In this document: in pieces, positions 55,441-64,000 of the stretch
Position numbering within the stretch: position 1 is the stretch's first letter
Layout: each line of letters starts with the position of its first letter
DNA from: Eledone cirrhosa
Taxonomy: Eukaryota
Length of the DNA stretch: 64,000 nt
Assembly: GCA_964016885.1 (NCBI GenBank)
Contig: OZ024752.1
Location: 4,774,001 to 4,838,000, forward strand
Reading direction: 5' to 3'
Translations under genes and position numbers: made by a program
Notes under the pieces: model-generated
What the model saw: the letters and a program-made list of their open reading frames with translations, nothing else
Databases searched by the model: none
Told to the model about the DNA's origin: nothing

Positions 55441-55785
55441 GTATATATAGAATGGAAAACGAAAAATCAGTGATGCATCGGAACTCAATTTATTGCGTAT
55501 TACAATTGTTTCCCCGGCAAACAGCTCGAGGTGAGATCTGGGGGGGGGGGTAGATTCCGGAGGCTGAATGTATATATGTGGGGGTACGCACGTGTGTGTT
55601 GGTATTTATATGTGGTGTGGATGTGTGTGTGGGGGGGGGGGGCGTGGTTAAAAAAAAAATTGTGGGTAAGTTCCTAAGGTAGTTCCGTGGAGTGTGCGAC
55701 ACTTCTTCCTAAAGTATATCCTTTACGGTTCAAGTTTTCAGGATATTTTGTGGGGGTTATGTCAAGATTTATAAAACAAACTTTG

Positions 55786-55846
55786 TATTTTATCTGATGA
55801 GAGCGCACCAAATTTTTGGTACCCTTGAAATTTATATAATAGAATA
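55786..55846 (+). ncRNA. Type I hammerhead ribozyme motif
   Basis: TATTTTAT-CTGATGA-GAG..ACCAAA tt TTTGGT..CTT-GAAA-TTTATA-TA|ATAGAATA; 8-bp stem I. Confidence 0.75.
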
Positions 55847-55886
55847 AATATGGTTTTATAAATATAGTTTCCATTTATTTAATATC

Positions 55887-55934
<48 letters not shown>

Positions 55935-56062
55935 AAGTTATATTTAAAATTGTTGGGTTACAACTAGTAAATATTTATAACTGATATAAAAGCACTCGAC
56001 AAATATTTGGAGTATATTTACAATATTAAATAAATGGAAAACTATATTTATAAAACCATATT

Positions 56063-56128
56063 TATTTCATTATATATATTTCGGGGATATCATATTAACA
56101 ATATGCTATGCCTTCATCAGACAAAATA
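56063..56128 (-). ncRNA. Type I hammerhead motif (left arm of inverted repeat)
   Basis: Mirror copy of 56283-56348. Confidence 0.75.
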
Positions 56129-56282
56129 CAATATAAACAGTTTTATAGATAAATATATTCAACATACCGTAATAAACATCAACTTCATTTGAAGAGGTTT
56201 ACGCTAGCAGAAACCTCTTCAAATGAAGTTGATGTTTATTACGGTATGTTGAATATATTTATCTATAAAACTGTTTATATTG

Positions 56283-56348
56283 TATTTTGTCTGATGAAGG
56301 CATAGCATATTGTTAATATGATATCCCCGAAATATATATAATGAAATA
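56283..56348 (+). ncRNA. Type I hammerhead motif (right arm of inverted repeat)
   Basis: TATTTTGT-CTGATGA-A-GG..CATATT gtt AATATG..CC-GAAA-TATATA-TA|ATGAAATA. Confidence 0.75.
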
Positions 56349-56393
56349 AATATGGTTTTATAAATATAGTTTTCCATTTATTTAATATTTAAT

Positions 56394-56458
<65 letters not shown>

Positions 56459-56462
<4 letters not shown>

Positions 56463-56638
56463 AAAAAGAGATGAAATCGAAAATGCAACTATGTAAGAAA
56501 AACCACAGACCCTCCATCTCAACTCTACTTTTGAAAAGCAGAAGAACTGCGAAACCGGTAAAGGAACCAAATAAATATATATATATTTTTTTTAAAATAA
56601 GACCCCAGTTGCATTTTCGATTTCATCTCTTTTTCTTT
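56459..56638 (+). mobile_element. 180-bp element with 32-bp perfect terminal inverted repeats and a decayed hammerhead, in (TA)n
   Basis: 56459-56490 vs 56607-56638; TTGAAAA-GCAG aagaa CTGC-GAAA-CCGG-TA at 56531-56560. Confidence 0.7.
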
Positions 56639-56679
56639 ATATATATATATATGTATGTGTATATATATATATATATATA

Positions 56680-57480
56680 TATCATCATCATCATCATCAC
56701 CGTTTTACGTCCGTTCTTCCACGCTAGCATGGGTTAGACGGGTTGTCCTGTTGTGGGCAGTGTCTGGTCGGCTGACCATGCCTTGCTCATACAGGAACTG
56801 ATCTGGCTTGATTTCTACAGCTGGATGCCCTTCCTAACACCAACCTCATTTACAGTGAGTGCTGGGTGCTTTTTCGTGGCGCCTACACGTCCACTTTACA
56901 GTGTGGGCTGGGTGCTTTTTTGCCGTGGCACCTCCACGACCACCTTGCGGTGGGGTGGGGGGGGGGGGCATATTGTTTATATGCTTCAGCATGTACCCAT
57001 GGGAGGTCGGGTACCCTGTATTACTGCGTGACGCCAGAAGTCACGGTCGTGTGTCATTGACTTTGAGAGGTGTAGTTGGGTAAGGTCGGCTTTTATCACC
57101 TCATCCCAAGTCATCTTGGGTCTCCCCACTCCGCGGTTTCCATCAACTTCTAGTGCTCTGCACCTTTTTATGCAGCTGTCATCCTTCATACGCATCACAT
57201 GTCCATACCAGCGTAACCGCCTCTCCTGCACGCAGCATTTGATTCCTCTTATGCTCAGTCTCTCTCTCAATTCATTTATGCTTTGTCGTTCACGTATATT
57301 ACTGTTACACATCCATCGGAGCATGCAGGCTTCGTTTCTCTCTAATCTACGTAAGTCTTCCACCTTCAGCGCCCAGGTCTCACTACCATGCAACATCGCT
57401 GTTCGGATACACGCATCATACAGTCTGCCTTTCATTCTGAGGGAGAAGCCTTTTGCAGCTAGCAGTGGTAGTAGTTCCCT
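56680..57480 (-). mobile_element. RTE LINE 3' end
   Basis: ORF 56986-57516 with [22 protein letters not shown]; UTR and (GAT)n tail. Confidence 0.93.
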
Positions 57481-57590
57481 AAATATATATATATACATAT
57501 ATACATATATATACATATATATTATATATTTTATATATATATATTATATATTTTATATATATATATTATATATTTTAAATATATATATTA

Positions 57591-57679
<89 letters not shown>

Positions 57680-57719
57680 CATATATACATATATATACAT
57701 ATATATTATATATATATTA

Positions 57720-57751
<32 letters not shown>

Positions 57752-57765
57752 GTTATATATATATA

Positions 57766-58333
57766 TTATTAAAATAACTGATTAAAGTTTAAGCAAAGAA
57801 TCGCTGCTTTCACCATTAACGGGATCTTTTGAAACTAAAAAAATCAATCTGTGAATGCAGAAGTAAATATTTCGAAAAACGTTGCAACCGAAGGAAGACA
57901 GGAAGACGATACTTTGGTTCGTGTAAATGTTCCCTGGCAAAGAACGGAAAAAAACGAAGATAATACGTCATTATTTGGAGTGGTGAAAACAATTACACGC
58001 AAAGACAAAACCACGTTTATGGTATAAATGAAGTTGTAGACTAAAATTCTATTTAGGAAACCGACTTCATTTATACCATAAACATGGTTTTGTCTTTGCG
58101 TGTAATTGTTTTCACCGCTCCATATAATGATGTATTATTTTTGTTTTTTCCCGTTCTTTGCCAGCGAACGTTTCCACGAACCAAAGTATCGTCTTCCTGT
58201 CTTCCTCCGGTTGTAACGTTTTTTGAAATATATACTTCTGTGTTCACAGATTGATTTTTTTTAGTTTCAGAAGATCCCGCTAAGAGTGAAAGCAGCGATT
58301 CGTTGCTTAATCTTTAATCTGTTATTTTAATAA
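57766..58333. repeat. Imperfect inverted repeat, ~270-bp arms, 25-bp spacer
   Basis: 57766-58036 vs 58062-58333, roughly 90% identical by eye; flanked by TA-rich tracts. Confidence 0.92.
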
Positions 58334-58414
58334 ATATTTGCTCTATGCTTCTTATATATCTGATATATATTTATCCTTATCGAGCCCTCTTTGGATCTTC
58401 AAATTTATTATTAT

Positions 58415-58465
<51 letters not shown>

Positions 58466-58974
58466 TACATATATATTGTGAGGGGTATCTGTGAAGTGTA
58501 TACAAATATAGTAGATATCTATGTAGACATACAGGCACATGCATGTCTACAAACATTACTATCTAAACTAAACACCAATTTTGCATTGTACATGCTTCCA
58601 GAAAGAACTGTTTGCTGTTCATGCTTCCAGAAAGAACTGGACACCAGCAACCATCCAAGACAAGTGGGTTGGTTGAAGTGTGTTGGAACAATTAGAGGTA
58701 GGGTGGGGTGAAGTTGAAAGATGGAAGTATTAGAATAATAACAAAAAAATCAATAACTACAGCTATGCCACCTGTGAAGATATTATTTGTGATAGTTATG
58801 ATGGTAATTACATCATTGATCATGATTTCATATAAGTGTACATGTGTGTATGTACACATATGTATATATACGTGTGTATATATATATATATATATACATA
58901 TGTATATATATATATATATATATGTATACATACACACACACACAACATACACACACACACACACATATATATAT

Positions 58975-59420
58975 ATAGCTGTATAAAAAGGTGCAGAGCT
59001 CTAAAAGTTGATGGAAGCCATGGAGTGGGGTGACTCAAGAAGACCTGGGATGAGGTGATAGAAGCGGACCTTGCGCAATTGCACCTCGCAACGGTGATGA
59101 CACAGGATTGTGACCTCTGGCGTCACCCAGTAATACAGAAGACCTGACTTCCCACAGGAACAAGCCGAAGCTGAAGCATATAGACAATATGCCTCCATCC
59201 CCACCCACGGCAAAGTGGTTGTGTAGGTGCCATGAAAAAAAAAGCACCCAGCACTTACTGTAAATAAGGTTGGTGTTAGGAAGGGCATCCGGCTGTAGAA
59301 ATCAAGCCAAAATCAGTTCCCATATGAGCAAGACAAGGTCACCCAACCTAACATCGCCTACAACAGGACAACCCGTCTAACCTATGCTAGCGTGGAAGAA
59401 TGGATGTGAAACGGTGATGA

Positions 59421-59423
<3 letters not shown>
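58975..59423 (+). mobile_element. RTE LINE extreme 3' end
   Basis: [25 protein letters not shown]; UTR; (GAT)n. Confidence 0.9.
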
Positions 59424-59514
<91 letters not shown>

Positions 59515-59595
59515 TCACACACTGACATATATATATGTCAGAAAGTGTGCTAACTTATAAGAGGGATTTCGGTAAATATTCAGAGCCTGCATAAG

Positions 59596-59685
59596 ACATA
59601 TCTGAGGAGCTTTCAATGCCAGAGTCAGGTTCAATCATTAATAGATTGTTCCTTGAGCTGATCAACAGTGAAACATGTAATATGT
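59596..59685 (+). ncRNA. Type I hammerhead motif with extended stem II
   Basis: ACATAT-CTGAGGA-GCT..(61 nt)..AGT-GAAA-CATG-TA|ATATGT; perfect 6-bp stem I, palindromic ACATGT. Confidence 0.75.
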
Positions 59686-60014
59686 AATCAAATATGTATA
59701 TAATGTAACGCTGATTCTTTGTTCCTTATATATTATTATTATTGATCTCACTCAGCATACCGCCTACGGACGTAATTAACTTGCATCTTAACACACACAC
59801 ACACACACTCACACACACACACACATATATATATATATTTGGGGAGGGTCATATTGTTATAATATTGCAAGAAATAATAATAAAACACTCACTTTTTGGT
59901 TTGGACTGGTTTTTGCTTCTGTATCTTTTATAGTTAATTTAGCTGGCAATTAAGATTTATCATTGATTGACCAACAGTTAAAAATATAGATATAAATATA
60001 TATATATATATAGT

Positions 60015-60060
60015 GTATCAAAGTTCTTTCATCACACACCTGTGACATCATCAGTGGTAC
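60015..60060 (-). ncRNA. Minimal type I hammerhead motif
   Basis: GTACCA-CTGATGA-T-GTCACA ggtg TGTGAT-GAAA-GAAC-TT|TGATAC. Confidence 0.65.
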
Positions 60061-60129
60061 TATTATGTTTCCTCCCGTTGAACATGCATTAGTGTGTGTT
60101 TTTTCTATGCTTATCTCTCTCTCTCTCTC

Positions 60130-60435
<306 letters not shown>

Positions 60436-60570
60436 TTAATATGTGAAGTAATTAATCCTATTGTCTGACAACAGTATAGGTTAATCAAAGTGCTACAGGT
60501 AATTACTATTAGAACCTAGAGTCAGATCACATACCATTGCACCTGTATAATTCATACAAACACACATAAT

Positions 60571-60959
60571 TGTTTCGACTTTTTGGCACAAGGCCAGCAA
60601 TTACCCAGTGCATTTCTGGTACTTTATTTTATCGACCCCGTAAGGATGAAAGGCAAAGTTAACCTCGGCGGGATTTGAACACAGAGTGTAAAGGGACGTA
60701 ACTATGCTAGAAAGCATGGCGTCCAACCCTCTACCGATACTGCCAATTCACCGCCCTTAATAGAATAAATAATTGTTTCTACTTTAGGCACAAGGCCAGC
60801 AATTACCCAGTACATTACTGGTACTTTATTTTATCGACCCTCGTAAGGATGAAAGGCAAAGTAAACCTCGGCGGGATTTGAACTCAGACCGTAAAGGGAC
60901 GTAACTCTGCTGGAAAGCATGGCGTCCGACTCTCTACCGATACTGCCAATCCACCACCC
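60571..60959 (-). mobile_element. Two tandem SINE family A copies
   Basis: 60571-60756 and 60774-60959; second has TSD TAATAGAATAAATAAT (60758-60773, 60960-60975). Confidence 0.9.
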
Positions 60960-61261
60960 TAATAGAATAAATAATAATAATAAATAATAATAGAATAAAT
61001 AATAATAATAGAATAAATAACGATACGTCCTGAATATCTGAGGCTGCAGGTAGTGGTTTGATATTCATTTCAACAAACTTTCCAGTTAATTAACATCAAT
61101 GACTGAGACTCAAAGAACAATAATAGAATAAATATGGTTTTATAAATATAGTTTCCATTTATTAATATCATTGATATTATACTCCAGAAAATCTGTCGAG
61201 TGCTTCAAATCAGTTATAAATATATTTGTTGAATTACCAACAAATTAAATATCTCTTTGCT

Positions 61262-61305
<44 letters not shown>

Positions 61306-61444
61306 ATTTAATATAAAAATGGCTTCTACAGGACTAGAACTGCTTCATTTGAAGGGAATCACCAGGAAAGCTTTCGGAAACTGGTGGCTGAGCTCCTGCT
61401 GTTTTAACAGCAAATTCCAGACTAATATATTTACACTCTACTAA

Positions 61445-61574
<130 letters not shown>

Positions 61575-62289
61575 AAGTGGTCATATAGGTGTCTTGACAA
61601 AAAGCACCCAGTATTCACTATAAATGAGGTGGGCATTAGGAAGGGAATCCAGCTGTAGAAACGAAACCCACATCAGTTCTGTATGAGCAAGACATGGTCA
61701 ACCTGACCTAACATTGCCCACAACAGGACAATTTGTCTAACCCATGCCAGTGAGGAAAGATGAACCTAAAACGATGATGACACAGTATAAGGAACCGACT
61801 CCCCCAACACTACCACTACAACCCACACTCTTTGTGGTTAATGATAATTAATAAGATTGTATAAGTGTTTATTTAGTCTTGAAACCAATAATAGTGTAGT
61901 GGATAATGAATGGTGGTATTGACCATATGCAGCCAACTCCTTCTCCCTCCCAGCCCCCGTCCTCACCCCTCACCCCCAGTCCTCACCCCTCCCTCCCAGT
62001 CACCACCCCTCCCTCCATAATACTTCAGATTGTAAATATTTGAATAAGCTTTATTTAATTCTTTTTGCAAATGAATGTGTGGAAGTTGGAGATGATGATG
62101 ATGGTGATGATGGTGATGATGGTGTTAGTGGGAGGTGTGAGATGATTCTTGGGGTGATGGGGAGGTGATTAAGGGTGATGGGGTGGTGATACTGTAGTTG
62201 TCTTGAAGTTGGACAAGGAGGTGGTGGTGGTGGTGGTTGTGGTGGTAGTGGACAAGATGATGGTGATGGGTACAATGTTAGTAGTGGTG

Positions 62290-62960
62290 CTGGCGGTGAT
62301 GGGGGAGGTGGTTGTAATGGTTGTGGTGGTGGTTACAGTGTTAGTAGTAGTAGTAGTGCTGGTGGTGATGGTGGTGGTGGTTACAGTGTTAGTAGTAGTA
62401 GTAGTGCTGGTGGTGATGGGGGATGTGGTTGTAGTGGTAGTTACAGTGTTAGTAGTAGTAGTAGTGCTGGTGGTGATGGGGGAGGTGGTTGTGGTGGTGG
62501 TTACAGTGTTAGTAGTAGTAGTAGTGCTGGTGGTGATGGGGGAGGTGGTTGTAGTGGTGGTTACAGTGTTAGTAGTAGTAGTAGTGCTGGTGGTGATGGG
62601 GGAGGTGGTTGTGGTGGTGGTTACAGTGTTAGTAGTAGTAGTAGTGCTGGTGGTGATGGGGGAGGTGGTTGTGGTGGTGGTTACAGTGTTAGTAGTAGTA
62701 GTAGTGCTGGTGGTGATGGGGGAGGTGGTTGTGGTGGTGGTTACAGTGTTAGTAGTAGTAGTAGTGCTGGTGGTGATGGGGGAGGTGGTTGTGGTGGTGG
62801 TTACAGTGTTAGTAGTAGTGCTGGTGGTGATGGGGGAGGTGGTTGTGGTGGTGGTTACAGTGTTAGTAGTAGTGCTGGTGGTGATGGGGGATGTGGTTGT
62901 AGTGGTAGTTACAGTGTTAGTAGTAGTGCTGGTGGTGATGGGGGAGGTGGTTGTGGTGGT
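62290..62960. repeat. 60-bp then 54-bp GTG/GTA minisatellite
   Basis: Consecutive 60-nt lines are near identical. Confidence 0.95.
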
Positions 62961-63230
62961 GGGGGATATATATTTATGTTATTTTAATGATTTCTTCATG
63001 TTTGTTTGTTGTTAAGGTTTCTCTCTTAGTTACTGGTGTTGTTGTTGTTGTTTAGTTAAGGTTAGTCCTGATCAGTCAGACTTATGATGGAAGGGCTTTC
63101 ACCTATGTCCATCCCATATTTTTCTTATATTTAGGGAATCCAGAACCACATTATCCAATGTGTTCATTTATAACATGGTAGGGTATACGTTAATGGACAT
63201 TTTACTGCTATTTCTAGCAGCTAGTTAGTT

Positions 63231-63365
63231 CAGTTATGGGCAAACTATGCCCAGAGAGCCACATGTTCATTTGTATTTTTGAATGGCTTGCTTGAAAGTG
63301 CAGCCCGTCTTATGATGAACCACATCCTATCCGATCCACTGCTTAAAAAGGGTTGCCCATGCCTG
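63231..63365. mobile_element. hAT-like MITE remnant
   Basis: TIR CAGTTATGGGCAA / TTGCCCATGCCTG; 8-bp TSD AGTTAGTT / TGTTAGCT. Confidence 0.6.
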
Positions 63366-63484
63366 TGTTAGCTGATGTTGCTGCTGTTTTTGTTGTTGTT
63401 TAGTCCAAGGTCAGTTCATGATTAAGCAGACTTTATGATTGGAGCAAAGAGAAGGCCTTTACAGCTGTTACAATAAAACATCAT

Positions 63485-64000
63485 TTATTTATATATAGTC
63501 TATCTATGTATTTAGATATAGTGTATCTATATATTTATATATAGTCTATCTATGTATTTATATATAGTGTATCTATATATTTATATATAGTCTATCTATG
63601 TATTTATATATAGTGTATCTATATATTTATATATAGTCTATCTATGTATTTAAATATAGTGTATCTATGTATTTATATATAGTGTATCTATGTATTTAGA
63701 TATAGTGTATCTATGTATTTATATATAGTGTATCTATGTATTTATATATAGTCTATCTATGTATTTAGATATAGTGTATCTATGTATTTAGATATAGTGT
63801 ATCTATGTATTTATATATAGTCTATCTATGTATTTAGATATAGTGTATCTATGTATTTATATATAGTCTATCTATGTATTTATATATAGTGTATCTATGT
63901 ATTTAGATATAGTGTATCTATGTATTTATATATAGTGTATCTATGTATTTATATATAGTGTATCTATGTATTTATATATAGTGTATCTATGTATTTATAT
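63485..64000. repeat. 23-bp satellite TATCTATGTATTTAKATATAGTS
   Basis: Period 23, runs to window end. Confidence 0.95.

Larger units (their letters stand above)
56022..56389. repeat. Perfect inverted repeat, 179-bp arms, 10-bp spacer (Penelope-like)
   Basis: 56022-56200 is the reverse complement of 56211-56389. Confidence 0.95.

Overview
AT-rich, repeat-saturated eukaryotic DNA; the SINE, RTE, Helitron and Penelope-like repertoire suggests an octopus-like mollusc (inference). Nearly all long ORFs in the track are artefacts of stop-free simple repeats and satellites. Real content: fragments of RTE and CR1-type LINEs, two tRNA-derived SINE families, three Helitrons (one with a decayed Rep/Hel N-terminus, one nested in a piggyBac pseudogene), hAT, Tc1/mariner and TTAA MITEs, and several satellites. 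Three or four splice-bounded candidate exons of an unidentified minus-strand gene suggest much of the window is intronic. The most notable signal is at least nine type-I hammerhead ribozyme motifs (CUGANGA...GAAA...UH with pairing stems), most with canonical cores. They lie in Penelope-like or retrozyme-like fragments next to (TA)n tracts. Two sit in the arms of a perfect 179-bp inverted repeat and two have unusually long or branched stem II domains. All folds and alignments were done by eye; repeat boundaries are approximate unless TSDs or termini are quoted.
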